DNA from: a bacterium
Lineage (GTDB): Bacteria; Hydrothermota; Tepidihabitantia; Tepidihabitantales; Tepidihabitantaceae
DNA length: 36,840 nucleotides
Direction of reading: 5' to 3'
Assembly (NCBI GenBank): GCA_046485285.1
Contig: JAWOHE010000098.1
Span: 1 to 36,840, forward strand
Shown: positions 18,534 through 27,939 of the stretch, piece by piece
How the letters are laid out: the number at the start of each line of letters is the position of its first letter
How positions within the stretch are numbered: the stretch's first letter is position 1
Position numbers and translations under genes: made by a program
The notes under the pieces: generated by a model
The model's input: only the letters and a program-made list of their open reading frames with translations
The model's database searches: none
What the model was told of the DNA's origin: nothing

Positions 18534-20385
18534 TGGCCTCGGCGCCCCCAGCCTCAATGCCTAGAATGCGGTCTATCTCGGCGCCGGCAAGATTCTCCTT
18601 CTCGAGCAGCGCCCGGGCCAGATTGTCCAGCCGCTCGCGGTTGGCCGCGACGATCTCGGCCGCTCGTCGCTCCTGCTCCTCGACAAACCGCCGGATCTCG
18701 TCATCGATCATCTGCGCGGTACGCTCCGAAAACGTCTCGCGCATCCCCAGTTCCCGGCCGAGGAAGACCTGCTCGTCCTGCCGACCGAATGTCAAAGGCC
18801 CGACCTTCGGACTCATCCCCCACTCGCACACCATCTTCCGGGCCAAGAGCGTCGCCTTCTCGATATCGTCGTGCGCGCCGGTCGAGAGGTCGCCAAACAC
18901 GAGTTTCTCCGCCGCCCTGCCGCCCAGCATGATCGCGAGTTGATTCAGGCAGTAGTCCCGCGAGTAGATGCGCTTGTCGTCGATGGGCAACTGCTGGGTG
19001 ATGCCGAGTGCCCGGCCGCGCGGGATGATCGACACCTTGTGGATCGGGTCGGTGCCCGGGATCATCCGCGACACCAGTGCGTGACCCGCCTCGTGGTGAG
19101 CGATCCAGCGCTTCTCGTTGTCGCTTATCAGCAGGCTGCGCCGCTCAACGCCCATCAGCACCTTGTCCTTGGCGTCTTCGAAGTCCAGCATCGTCACCGC
19201 GGCGCGCCCGCGCCGCGCGGCGAGCAAGGCCGCCTCGTTGACCATGTTGGCAAGGTCAGCGCCCGAGAAGCCGGGGGTCCCGCGGGCAAGCACCGGCAGG
19301 TCAACGTCCGGCCCGACAGTTATCTTGCGGACGTGGACCTTGAGTATGCCCTCGCGGCCGTGAACATCGGGCCGGTCAACGACGATCTGGCGGTCGAACC
19401 GGCCGGGCCGCAGCAGCGCACGGTCGAGGATGTCAGGCCGGTTGGTCGCGGCCATTATGATAACGCCGTCCGAAGTCGAGAAGCCATCCATCTCGACCAG
19501 CAGTTGGTTCAGCGTCTGCTCGCGCTCGTCGTGGCCGCCGCCAAGGCCTGCGCCTCGCTGGCGGCCGACCGCGTCGATCTCGTCGATGAAGATAATGCAC
19601 GGGGCGTTACGCTTGCCCTGCTCGAACAGGTCTCGGACCCGGGCGGCCCCGACCCCGACGAACATCTCGACAAAGTCCGAACCGGAGATCGACGTAAACG
19701 GCACGTTGGCCTCGCCCGCGACCGCCTTGGCGAGCAGGGTCTTGCCGGTACCGGTCGAACCCACCAGGAGGACGCCCTTGGGTATCCGGCCACCCAGCTT
19801 CTGGAACTTGTGGGGCGCCTTGAGGAACTCGATAATCTCCTGGAGTTCCTCTTTTGCCTCATCCACGCCTGCAACGTCGGCGAAGGTCACCTTCGGCCGG
19901 TCCTGCGGCATTGACCGGGCCCGGGACTTGCCGAACGTGAAGGCACGGTCCTGACCGGAAGACATCCGGCGCATGAAGAGCACCCAGAAGCCTATGATCA
20001 GTAACCACGGCAGTATGCTGACGACAATCGTCGGCCAGTTGGATGGCGCACGAGCCCGGACCTTCACCCCGGCCTCGAGCAGCTTCGCGACGAGCTGTGG
20101 ATCGTCCGGCGCGTAGGTGCGGAACTCGGTGAAACTGCGCTTCTCTCCGCGGGCATCTGGCACCTCGGAGGGGGCAGCCAGCCGGCCCGACAACTCGCGC
20201 TCGACGATGGTAACCTCGGCGACATTGCCGGCATCGAGCTCGCGCACGAAGTCGGTGTAGTCCACCGCAGTCGGGCCGCCCCGGTGCGCGGCGAAGAAAG
20301 TCCACGCGGCCCAGGCGGCGAGGAAGACCAGCATCCAGATCAGCAGCGGGGTCACGAGCCGCGTGCGTTTCAGGTTATCGGCCAT
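18523..20385 (-). CDS. ftsH: ATP-dependent zinc metalloprotease FtsH
   Basis: Two TM helices, Walker [27 protein letters not shown] and the HEAGH zinc motif. Confidence 0.98.
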   Translation of the reverse strand: MADNLKRTRLVTPLLIWMLVFLAAWAAWTFFAAHRGGPTAVDYTDFVRELDAGNVAEVTIVERELSGRLAAPSEVPDARGEKRSFTEFRTYAPDDPQLVAKLLEAGVKVRARAPSNWPTIVVSILPWLLIIGFWVLFMRRMSSGQDRAFTFGKSRARSMPQDRPKVTFADVAGVDEAKEELQEIIEFLKAPHKFQKLGGRIPKGVLLVGSTGTGKTLLAKAVAGEANVPFTSISGSDFVEMFVGVGAARVRDLFEQGKRNAPCIIFIDEIDAVGRQRGAGLGGGHDEREQTLNQLLVEMDGFSTSDGVIIMAATNRPDILDRALLRPGRFDRQIVVDRPDVHGREGILKVHVRKITVGPDVDLPVLARGTPGFSGADLANMVNEAALLAARRGRAAVTMLDFEDAKDKVLMGVERRSLLISDNEKRWIAHHEAGHALVSRMIPGTDPIHKVSIIPRGRALGITQQLPIDDKRIYSRDYCLNQLAIMLGGRAAEKLVFGDLSTGAHDDIEKATLLARKMVCEWGMSPKVGPLTFGRQDEQVFLGRELGMRETFSERTAQMIDDEIRRFVEEQERRAAEIVAANRERLDNLARALLEKENLAGAEIDRILGIEAGGAEANDQ

Positions 20386-20406
20386 GGGCGCTTCCGGTTC
20401 CTTTCT

Positions 20407-21429
20407 TCACTTCGGACACTTGCCATCCCGACGAGGCGACCTTCGACATTCAACGGTTCCTTTCTGCCGGCGCAGGAACTCAATGCCGCCTCCCGGCTCG
20501 AGGCGACGCTTCGAGCCGGCAAGGAACACGAGCACACGCTCAACCGCGGCAGAATCCAACGCGGGCGCAAGGTGTCTGGCTATTCGCCTACGCAGACAGC
20601 TATTGTATGCGTTGAAGGCGGCGACGTCAATCTCCAGCCGGCCTATCCGCACCCGGACCGACCGACCCAGAGCCTGACGAGCCAGTAAATCGAGGTAGTC
20701 ATCATCCGCCGCGACAAGCCTCGCGGTACGCCGGGCAGCCGCCGCGACTGACGGGCTAACCCTGCGCAGAAGCGGAACAACCCGTCGGCGCACGAAGTTG
20801 CGGGCGAACCGCTCGTCCGTGTTCGACTCGTCTTCCCGCCAGTTGACTCCCCGGGCGCACAGCCAGTCTTCGATTTCGGCCCGGGTCAGGTCGATCAGCG
20901 GCCGCACGATCCGGCCGAAGGGCGAGCGCCCGCAGGGATCGCGGGCACACGGGATGCCGGACAGGCCTGCAAGCCCGGACCCTCGGCAGAGGTTCAGCAA
21001 GATTGTCTCGAGGTTGTCGTCCGCAGTGTGCCCGAGCGCGACAAGGTTGGAGCGGAGCAGCCGGGCGAGCCGGGCCAGATGCCGGTATCGCAGTTGGCGG
21101 CCGGCCGCCTCCAGTCCCATCTGGTGCCGCCGGGCGAAACGCCGGACATCGGAGCGCACGACTCTGAGCTCCACGCCGGCCCGGGCGAACAACTGCCTGA
21201 CGAAATCCTCGTCCTCGCCGGCCGCCGTCCGCAGGTGATGATTCATGTGGAACCCGGCAAGCACGAGCCCGCGCCCTGGCGCAACGATGCGCAAGAGTTC
21301 GAACAGGGCAACCGAGTCCGCGCCGCCGGAGACCGCCACGAGAACCCGACTCCCGACCGGCAGGAGACCCTCGCGCTCGACGGTCTCAAGGAAGCGGCCG
21401 GGCAGTGACGTCCGGACAGATCGGCTCAT
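20407..21429 (-). CDS. tilS: tRNA(Ile)-lysidine synthetase (short form)
   Basis: PP-loop AVSGGADS, GHTADDNLET, RPL and DESN..RN. It sits upstream of ftsH, and at 340 aa its C-terminal domain is reduced. Confidence 0.93.
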   Translation of the reverse strand: MSRSVRTSLPGRFLETVEREGLLPVGSRVLVAVSGGADSVALFELLRIVAPGRGLVLAGFHMNHHLRTAAGEDEDFVRQLFARAGVELRVVRSDVRRFARRHQMGLEAAGRQLRYRHLARLARLLRSNLVALGHTADDNLETILLNLCRGSGLAGLSGIPCARDPCGRSPFGRIVRPLIDLTRAEIEDWLCARGVNWREDESNTDERFARNFVRRRVVPLLRRVSPSVAAAARRTARLVAADDDYLDLLARQALGRSVRVRIGRLEIDVAAFNAYNSCLRRRIARHLAPALDSAAVERVLVFLAGSKRRLEPGGGIEFLRRQKGTVECRRSPRRDGKCPK

Positions 21430-22436
21430 CGGGTCGCCTTCGCGAGCACTGCTTGCAGAGCCGCGACAGCCAGCCGGACGTCATCCGCGGTCGCGACCAG
21501 TGGCGGCTCGAACACGAGCATCTTGTCCCCCGCCGAGCCAACAAGCAGGCCGTTGTCCAGACAGATCGAAGCCAACCCGGCAACCGGACGACGCGGGGTG
21601 AAGGCAAGCACGAGGCCGACGCAACAGACATCGCCGGCCAACTCGGCCAACGCCGCGTTCAACCGGCCGGCTACTGCCGCCGCCTCGTCGAGCAGTCCTC
21701 CCTCAAGCCAAGCCAGGTACCGCAGTGCGGCCCGACAGGCCGCAGCAGTGCCGCCCGTGTCGGCATCCGGCCAGCGCAGTGCTGAACTACCGGTGACCAC
21801 GGCCCCGAACGGCATGCCGGCCGCCAAGCCCTGGCCGAAGACCGTCAGGTCGGCCCGGACTGGCGAACCCTGGAGCCCGGTCAGACTGCCGGACAGCCCG
21901 GGCGCGAGCCGGGTCTCGTCGGAGACCAGTACCGCCCCGGCCGCCCGACAACGCTCCGCCGCAATGCCGAGCCGGGGATCCAGCGGGTGGACCACGACCG
22001 CTGCGACGTCATCGATGCCGCCGACCTCGTCGTCGCCAAGCTCTGCGACCCAGGCGACTCTGCTCCGCCCGGTGCGGCGGCAGGCGAGGCTCACCGCAGC
22101 CGCCATCGCCTCCCGCCCCGAACCGCAGAGCCGAACCCGCCGGTTGGCACCGCCCGGCACGATCTCGGCGAGTTTGGCGCGCAGTTCCTGGCGGTCCGGC
22201 ACCTCGCAGCCGGCCGGGACCGATGTCAGCGACGCACCGGCAATCCACTCCCGCAGAAACGGGCTGTCGTGCCCGAGCGGCGAGACTGCGCCGCATGACA
22301 GGTCAACGATCATCCGACCATCCGCAGCCCAGAGCCGCGCACCCTCGGCGCGGGCCAAGAATACTGTCCGGTAGTCAGGCCCGACCGGGTTGTGTCTGGC
22401 GAATGAGCGGGTGAGCCCGTTGCGTTCAGTCGCCAT
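21426..22436 (-). CDS. Degenerate class-III PLP aminotransferase homolog (catalytic Lys replaced by Gln)
   Basis: RAEGARLW..DG, LGH, SGREAM.AA, VSDE and DLTVFGQGLAAGMPFGA (canonical D...xxKGLxxGxPxGA). The FHG and EPxQGEGG motifs are absent. ATG is at 22436. Confidence 0.75.
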   Translation of the reverse strand: MATERNGLTRSFARHNPVGPDYRTVFLARAEGARLWAADGRMIVDLSCGAVSPLGHDSPFLREWIAGASLTSVPAGCEVPDRQELRAKLAEIVPGGANRRVRLCGSGREAMAAAVSLACRRTGRSRVAWVAELGDDEVGGIDDVAAVVVHPLDPRLGIAAERCRAAGAVLVSDETRLAPGLSGSLTGLQGSPVRADLTVFGQGLAAGMPFGAVVTGSSALRWPDADTGGTAAACRAALRYLAWLEGGLLDEAAAVAGRLNAALAELAGDVCCVGLVLAFTPRRPVAGLASICLDNGLLVGSAGDKMLVFEPPLVATADDVRLAVAALQAVLAKATR

Positions 22437-22442
22437 CACTAG

Positions 22443-22470
22443 AGGATATTGCCGACGCGGGTCCGGTCAA
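22443..22470 (-). promoter_or_regulatory. sigma70-like promoter, predicted leaderless aminotransferase-tilS-ftsH-dapAB mRNA
   Basis: TTGACC(22470-22465)-N16-TATCCT(22448-22443). ATG follows 6 nt later (22436). Confidence 0.65.
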
Positions 22471-22514
22471 ACACACCCTTCACTCCTCACCTTGACTTGT
22501 CACCCTTTCCCCCG

Positions 22515-22542
22515 TTGACCACGCGCCCGGTGCCGGTAGACT
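22515..22542 (+). promoter_or_regulatory. sigma70-like promoter, predicted leaderless mRNA
   Basis: TTGACC(22515-22520)-N16-TAGACT(22537-22542). ATG follows 7 nt later (22550). Confidence 0.65.
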
Positions 22543-22549
22543 GATAGAT

Positions 22550-22876
22550 ATGGTGGACAAGAAGACCGAATCCCTGTGGGACGACGTGCGCGAGTGGCTG
22601 AGTGACGCCACCCGCACTGCCATGCGCGAGGCCGAGGACCTCACCCGCCGGGGCAAACTCAAGCTTGAGATGATGAACCTGTCCGGCCGGCTCGAGCGCC
22701 GGCTGGCCGAGTTCGGCAGCCGCGTCTACGAGGACCACAAATCCCGACCCGGCGAGCCGGTGTCGCTCGACCGGCACGCGACCCTCATTGCCGACATCGC
22801 CCGGCTCGAAGCCGAGCGCGCCGACAAGCGCGCGCAGTACAACGAAGAGAAGAAGAAACGGGGCCAGGCGACCTGA
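22550..22876 (+). CDS. Small charged coiled-coil hypothetical protein
   Basis: 108 aa with host-like codon usage, its own promoter, and an amphipathic helical pattern (GKLKLEMMNL..RLERRLAEFG..VY). Confidence 0.75.
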   Translation: MVDKKTESLWDDVREWLSDATRTAMREAEDLTRRGKLKLEMMNLSGRLERRLAEFGSRVYEDHKSRPGEPVSLDRHATLIADIARLEAERADKRAQYNEEKKKRGQAT

Positions 22877-22882
22877 CCGCCG

Positions 22883-23482
22883 CTACCTGCCGCCCCGGCC
22901 GGGAGCGGTGAGCGCGACTCCGCGCACGCAGAGCGGGCAGCGGTCCGGCTCCCAGCTGGCCGCCGCTTGGCGGTAGACCGCCTCGTACGGCCGACCGAGC
23001 CGGTTCGCCCCGCCGCTCCGGTCGATGAACACACCGACCCCGACGACCGCACAGGGCCGGTGCTCAAGCGCGGCCAGCGTCTCGACCAGCGACCCACCGG
23101 TGGTCATCACGTCGTCGACCACAAGCACCCGGTCACCGGACTCGAGCCGGAACCCGCGACCGATCTTTCTGCCGCCCTCAGCCTTCTCGGCTATCACGCA
23201 CCGAGCCCCGAGCTGGCGCGCAACCTCGTAGGCGATTATGATGCCGCCGGTCGTCGGCCCGCAGACCGCGGTGACGCCCGCGTCCCGAAACCTGCCGACC
23301 AGCTCCGCCGCGAAGCGCCCGCAGACCGGCGGGCTCTCGAGGATGCGGAACTTCTCGAAGTAGCGGTCCGAGTGCCGGCCCGAGGTCAGCAGGAAGTGCC
23401 CCTCGAGCATCACTCCGCTCTCCGTCAGCAGTCGGCCGTAGTCTCCGCTCATCTGACTGGTATTCTCACTCCTGGCATGCAT
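22883..23482 (-). CDS. pyrE: Orotate phosphoribosyltransferase
   Basis: GHFLLTSGRHS and the PRPP motif VLVVDDVMTTGGS. SD GGGAGG precedes ATG 23482 (alternative start 23452). Confidence 0.93.
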   Translation of the reverse strand: MHARSENTSQMSGDYGRLLTESGVMLEGHFLLTSGRHSDRYFEKFRILESPPVCGRFAAELVGRFRDAGVTAVCGPTTGGIIIAYEVARQLGARCVIAEKAEGGRKIGRGFRLESGDRVLVVDDVMTTGGSLVETLAALEHRPCAVVGVGVFIDRSGGANRLGRPYEAVYRQAAASWEPDRCPLCVRGVALTAPGRGGR

Positions 23483-23535
23483 TGCCTGCCTCCCGACCTC
23501 GCCTTACCATCGCGTCCATCCGTGCCTGGCCGCGG

Positions 23536-24237
23536 TCACCGACTACCCTGTTCCAGCTCCGCCCGGATGACCGACGCCGCCGCGGCCGGATCAGGCGCGG
23601 CGTAGATCGGCCGGCCGACGACGACGTAGTCCGCTCCGTCCCGCGCCGCCTGCCCGGGCGTCGCCACCCGCGCCTGGTCGTCTGCGACCCCCGCGGCCGG
23701 CCTGATGCCCGGGCATACCGCGAGAAAACCGGTGCCGCAGGCCTCCTTGACCAGCCTGACCTCGTGCGGCGAACAGACCACGCCGTCACAACCCGACTCG
23801 AATGCAAGCCGGGCCAGCGCGAGCACGCGCTCCGCGACCGGCGCGCGGCAACCGGTGACGAGCGCCAGCTCGTCGGCATCCAGGCTCGTCAGCACGGTCA
23901 CGCCGAGAACGCGCGGCCGGGACGCCCCGAACGCCGCCGCCGCTTCTGCCGCCGCCCGCATCATCCTGGCGCCACCCGAGGCGTGAACGGTCAGGACCCC
24001 GGCACCCATCTCGCCCGCCGCGGTCACCGCGCTCCCGACCACCGACGGGATATCGTGGAACTTGAGGTCGAGGAACACCTCGGTCCGCGCCGCGAAGCGG
24101 CGGATGAGCCCCGGCCCGCCCCGGCCGAACAGGTCCATCTGGAGCTTGAAGCAGTCCACCGCGCCGCCCAGCCGGTCAAGCCAATCGAGCGCCCGTGCCG
24201 GGTCGGTCAGGTTCAGTGCCAGAGCCAGCTTCGTCAA
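23536..24237 (-). CDS. pyrF: Orotidine-5'-phosphate decarboxylase
   Basis: Motifs FLDLKFHDIP, TVHASGG, VTVLTS, PGIRP, DQ.R and VVGRPI. TTG start. Confidence 0.95.
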   Translation of the reverse strand: MTKLALALNLTDPARALDWLDRLGGAVDCFKLQMDLFGRGGPGLIRRFAARTEVFLDLKFHDIPSVVGSAVTAAGEMGAGVLTVHASGGARMMRAAAEAAAAFGASRPRVLGVTVLTSLDADELALVTGCRAPVAERVLALARLAFESGCDGVVCSPHEVRLVKEACGTGFLAVCPGIRPAAGVADDQARVATPGQAARDGADYVVVGRPIYAAPDPAAAASVIRAELEQGSR

Positions 24238-25139
24238 TCTCTCCTCCCGGTTCTGCCAACCACCTCATCCCAGCCGCCGACCCGCCGCCCTCGACACCAC
24301 GCCGCGAGCTCGCGGGCGACCCGGGCCGGCGCCTGCGGGTCGGCAAGACTCGCACTGCCGACCTGAACCAGCCGGGCGCCCGCGCTCAGGAAATCGGCCG
24401 CGTCCTGCCCGGTCATGATCCCGCCGCAGCCGATGACCGGTATGCCGACCGCCCGCGCGACCCGCTCGACGCAGTACAGCGCGAACGGCTTAAGGCAGGG
24501 CCCGGAGATGCCCCCGGTGCGCCCGCCGAGGAACGGCCGGCCGTCCGCATCGAGAACGAGCCCGAACAGCGTGTTCAGCACCGTCACCCCGTCCGCACCG
24601 CCGGCTTCGGCCGCGCGCGCGGTGCGGACCGGGTCGACGAAATTGGCGGTCAGCTTCACGAAGAGCGGCTTCTTGGTGCGGCCCCGGCACAGCCGGGTAA
24701 TCGCCTCGACCGCGCGCGGACTCGCGCCGAACGCCGCGCCGCCGGTCTCGACGTTGGGACAGGAGACGTTGAGCTCGAACCCGTCAACCCGCCGGTGCGG
24801 CGAGAGCCGGCCGACGATCTCGGCGTACTCCCGGGGCCGGAACCCGGCGACATTGACGATGACCCGGCAGCGCAGTCGGCCCATCGCCGGCAGCACGCTG
24901 CGGGCGAACGCCGCCAGTCCCGGGTTCTCGAGCCCGACCGAGTTCAGGATGCCGCCCGGGAACTCGGCGATGCGGGGCGGCGGGTTGCCGGCCCGCGGCT
25001 CGACCGTGATGCCCTTGGTGACGACGCCGCCGAGTCGGTCCGAGACGTCGGCGAATCGGAGCCCGAACTCCCAGGTACCGGACGCGGCAAGCACCGGGTT
25101 GGCGAGCTCGAGCCGGCCGAGCCGGATCGCTGCGTTCAC
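24234..25139 (-). CDS. pyrD: Dihydroorotate dehydrogenase family 1B, catalytic subunit
   Basis: Motifs NPVLAASGT, GNPPPRIAE, NSVGLENPG, ELNVSCPN and GGISGP. GTG 25139 overlaps the pyrK stop. Confidence 0.93.
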   Translation of the reverse strand: MNAAIRLGRLELANPVLAASGTWEFGLRFADVSDRLGGVVTKGITVEPRAGNPPPRIAEFPGGILNSVGLENPGLAAFARSVLPAMGRLRCRVIVNVAGFRPREYAEIVGRLSPHRRVDGFELNVSCPNVETGGAAFGASPRAVEAITRLCRGRTKKPLFVKLTANFVDPVRTARAAEAGGADGVTVLNTLFGLVLDADGRPFLGGRTGGISGPCLKPFALYCVERVARAVGIPVIGCGGIMTGQDAADFLSAGARLVQVGSASLADPQAPARVARELAAWCRGRRVGGWDEVVGRTGRRD

Positions 25140-25891
25140 CACGCTACCTCGTTCAACAGCACGACCGGCCCCTCGGCGCAGAATCGCACCCAGCCACCGC
25201 CTTTCCTGAGCAAGGCGCAGCAGTAGCAGATCCCGGTGCCGCAACCCATCCGCTCCTCGATGAAACCCCAGACCGGCACCGGGTCGAGAAGCCGAACCAG
25301 TGCGGCCAGCATCGGCTTCGGTCCGCAGGCCAGGACCAGCGGCCGCTCGAGGCCGGCCACCACCGCGGCCGCCGGTTCGCAGACCGCCCCCCGCGTGCCG
25401 AGACTGCCGTCGTCGGTCGCGAACCGCAGTTTGACGCCCAGGGCCCGGAACTCGCCGCGCAGGATAACCTGGTCGCGGGTCCGCGCGCCGAGCACGGCCA
25501 CCACGCGATTGTCCGGGGCCAGCCGCCGGGCCGCGAACAGCAGCGGCGCGATCCCGATGCCGCCGCCGACCAGCGCGACGTCGCTGCCCCGTGTCAGTGG
25601 CGCGGGCCGCCCCAGCGGGCCGAGCACGTCAATCCTGTCCCCGACCCGGAACCGCGCCAGCAACGCGGTGCCCCGGCCGACGACCCGGAACGCCAGCCTG
25701 ATCCGGCCGCCGACCGCATCCGCGACCGATATCGGCCGCCGGAGCAGCGGGTCAGGGCCATCGTGAACGCGAACGTTCAGGAACTGTCCGGGCCTCACAC
25801 GGCCCGCGAGCACGGGCGCGTCGAGCTCGAGCATCACGATTCCATCGGCAAGCTGCCGCCGCCGGACCACGGGCAGTCTTGCCGGCTTCAC
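25136..25891 (-). CDS. pyrK: Dihydroorotate dehydrogenase electron transfer subunit
   Basis: Motifs PGQF, RRPIS, GGGIGIAP, CGP and EERMGCGTGICYCC...C (2Fe-2S). Confidence 0.93.
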   Translation of the reverse strand: MKPARLPVVRRRQLADGIVMLELDAPVLAGRVRPGQFLNVRVHDGPDPLLRRPISVADAVGGRIRLAFRVVGRGTALLARFRVGDRIDVLGPLGRPAPLTRGSDVALVGGGIGIAPLLFAARRLAPDNRVVAVLGARTRDQVILRGEFRALGVKLRFATDDGSLGTRGAVCEPAAAVVAGLERPLVLACGPKPMLAALVRLLDPVPVWGFIEERMGCGTGICYCCALLRKGGGWVRFCAEGPVVLLNEVAW

Positions 25892-27858
25892 AGGAACGAG
25901 AACTCCACCCGCCGGTCGAGCCAGTACTCCCCGGGGCCGGAGGAGACTGTCGCAGAGCTCCCGCGGGTTCGGGCTTCGAGCCGAACCGGGTCAATGCCCG
26001 CCCCTTCGAGCCAGGCGCGCACCGCCTCGGCCCGGCGCCGGCCGAGCCCGAGGTTGTAGTCATCCTCGCCGCGAGGGTCGCAGTGGCCGGTCAGCCGGAG
26101 TCGGCGGTCCGGGTGCTCGCGGAGCCAGGCCGCGACGCGCCGCAACGGTTCGCTATCCGCGTCCCGCACGTCGGCGCGGTCGAAGTCGAAGTGGACCGGC
26201 CCAAACGCCGTGTCGCCGGAGATGACCGGCGCCGGCTTGTCGGCAGGCGGCGTCGGGACGACAGGCGGCGGTTCGTGGCGTTCCGGTCGCGCACGCACCC
26301 GCTCGCGCTCCGCCCTGCCGGCTGTCTCGCCGGGCAGGACGGGGACTCCTCCGGTGATGGAATCGACCGCGGTGACCTCGCCCGCCCTGTCGAGAAGCTC
26401 GCCGGGCAGAGAGCCGTCGTCCCTTATGTCTGGCGGCGCGACGGGCTCGACCGGCGCGGACTCGACCGGCTGGGCCGGCGGCGCGGGGGGCGCGACCGCG
26501 ACCTCGGGCTTCTTCCTCGGCGGCGCGGGCAGGCCAAGCCAGCGCCGCGCCTCATCGGCATACTCGGACTTCGGGTACTCGGCGATCAGCTGCTCGAGCT
26601 CGGGCACCGAGCCTGCGCTGTCGTCCTCGGCGTATCTGGTTATCCAGGCCCGGGCGAGCAGTGCCTTGGGCGCCCACTCGGTGTCGGGGTACGAGTCGCG
26701 CACCGCCTGGTACAGGCGTTGCGCCTCGTCGTACTCCGCCAGGTTGAGGTTGTGGATCTCCGCGAGCAGGAACAGCGCCTCGCCCGGCTCGCGCTCGCCG
26801 ACCGAGTCGGAACGGGCAATCGCATCGAGCAGGGTCAGCCGCTTGAGCGCCATTACGCCGAAATCCGAGTTTGCCCGCCGCGAGCGGGCCGTGTCGTAGT
26901 TGGCGCGGGCGACCGCGAACTCGCGCAGCTCCTCGTGGTGGCGGCCGATCCGAAAAAACGCCTCGGCGCCGAAGTCAGTCGAACCGCGCACCTTGCGCCA
27001 GGTCTCGAGCGCCTCGTCCGGCCGGTCGGTCTCGGCCAGCGCCCGGCCGAGGAGCACGTTGGCCTCGTCGGCGTGCTCGGGGTAGCGGCCGACGACCTCG
27101 CGGACCGCCGGCAGGGCCTCGTCGTAGCGCCCCTGGGCGACCAGCGCGGCCGCGATCTTGAGCCGGACCGCGGCCCGCTCCCTCGGCTCAGAGACCGCGT
27201 CAATCAGGCGGCGGTACGCGCGCTCGCAGTCGACCGGGTCGCCGAGTCTCTCGCAGCTCACCGCCATCCGCCGCAGCGCCTCGATGCGGTGACCGGACTT
27301 CGGGTACTGCTCCAGGAAAGCCCGGAGCGAGTCCGCCGCCCGCGCCCACTCCTCGCGGTCGTGGAACGACGACGCGAGGTGGAATGCCGCGCCGTCGCGC
27401 AGGTGCGGGTACTCGCGCCGGACTTGCTCGAGCAGGACCCGGGCCGGACCGTACTCCCGGTTCCGGAGCATCGCCAGCCCCCGGTAGTACCGGGCCCTCG
27501 GCACGTACGGTGAACTCGGAAACGCAAGCACGAGCTGGTCGAGATGCCGGATCGCCTTGCCGTACTGGCCCATCTCGTAGTACGACTGGCCGATCAGAAA
27601 AGTCGCGTCGTCGGCCCAGCGCGACCCCGGCCAGCGGGACAGCACCATCGCCGACTTCTCGACCGCCTTCTCGAACTTGGCCCGGGCCTGGGCGACCTGG
27701 TTCTGCCGCGACAGCTCGACACCCTCGCGGTAGTAGCCCCGGGCGTTGTGGAAGGTATTGAAGTAGGCGCACCCGGTCAGGAGTAGCGCGGACGGCAACA
27801 GCAGGACCGCGTGACGCAGTCCCAGTCGAAAGGGCAGGGTCGGCCGCAAACTGGTCAA
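25888..27858 (-). CDS. TPR-repeat lipoprotein with C-terminal OmpA/Pal-type peptidoglycan-binding domain
   Basis: Lipobox LLTGC then AYFNTFHNA, many TPRs (..YP.S..), a Pro-rich linker, then VHFDFD, GHCDPRG..DYNLGLG.RRA and RRVEF. TTG start. Confidence 0.85.
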   Translation of the reverse strand: MTSLRPTLPFRLGLRHAVLLLPSALLLTGCAYFNTFHNARGYYREGVELSRQNQVAQARAKFEKAVEKSAMVLSRWPGSRWADDATFLIGQSYYEMGQYGKAIRHLDQLVLAFPSSPYVPRARYYRGLAMLRNREYGPARVLLEQVRREYPHLRDGAAFHLASSFHDREEWARAADSLRAFLEQYPKSGHRIEALRRMAVSCERLGDPVDCERAYRRLIDAVSEPRERAAVRLKIAAALVAQGRYDEALPAVREVVGRYPEHADEANVLLGRALAETDRPDEALETWRKVRGSTDFGAEAFFRIGRHHEELREFAVARANYDTARSRRANSDFGVMALKRLTLLDAIARSDSVGEREPGEALFLLAEIHNLNLAEYDEAQRLYQAVRDSYPDTEWAPKALLARAWITRYAEDDSAGSVPELEQLIAEYPKSEYADEARRWLGLPAPPRKKPEVAVAPPAPPAQPVESAPVEPVAPPDIRDDGSLPGELLDRAGEVTAVDSITGGVPVLPGETAGRAERERVRARPERHEPPPVVPTPPADKPAPVISGDTAFGPVHFDFDRADVRDADSEPLRRVAAWLREHPDRRLRLTGHCDPRGEDDYNLGLGRRRAEAVRAWLEGAGIDPVRLEARTRGSSATVSSGPGEYWLDRRVEFSFL

Positions 27859-27873
27859 CAGGTCCTCACCACT

Positions 27874-27901
27874 AATCTAGCCCGCTGCCCCCGGGAGTCA
27901 A
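27874..27901 (-). promoter_or_regulatory. sigma70-like promoter of the TPR-pyr operon
   Basis: TTGACT(27901-27896)-N16-TAGATT(27879-27874). A very short leader with GAGGA precedes TTG 27858. Confidence 0.6.
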
Positions 27902-27911
27902 GCCGCCCGGC

Positions 27912-27939
27912 TTGCAACCACCGCCGCCACGGTGATAAT
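27912..27939 (+). promoter_or_regulatory. sigma70-like promoter of tldDE
   Basis: TTGCAA(27912-27917)-N16-GATAAT(27934-27939). Confidence 0.55.
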
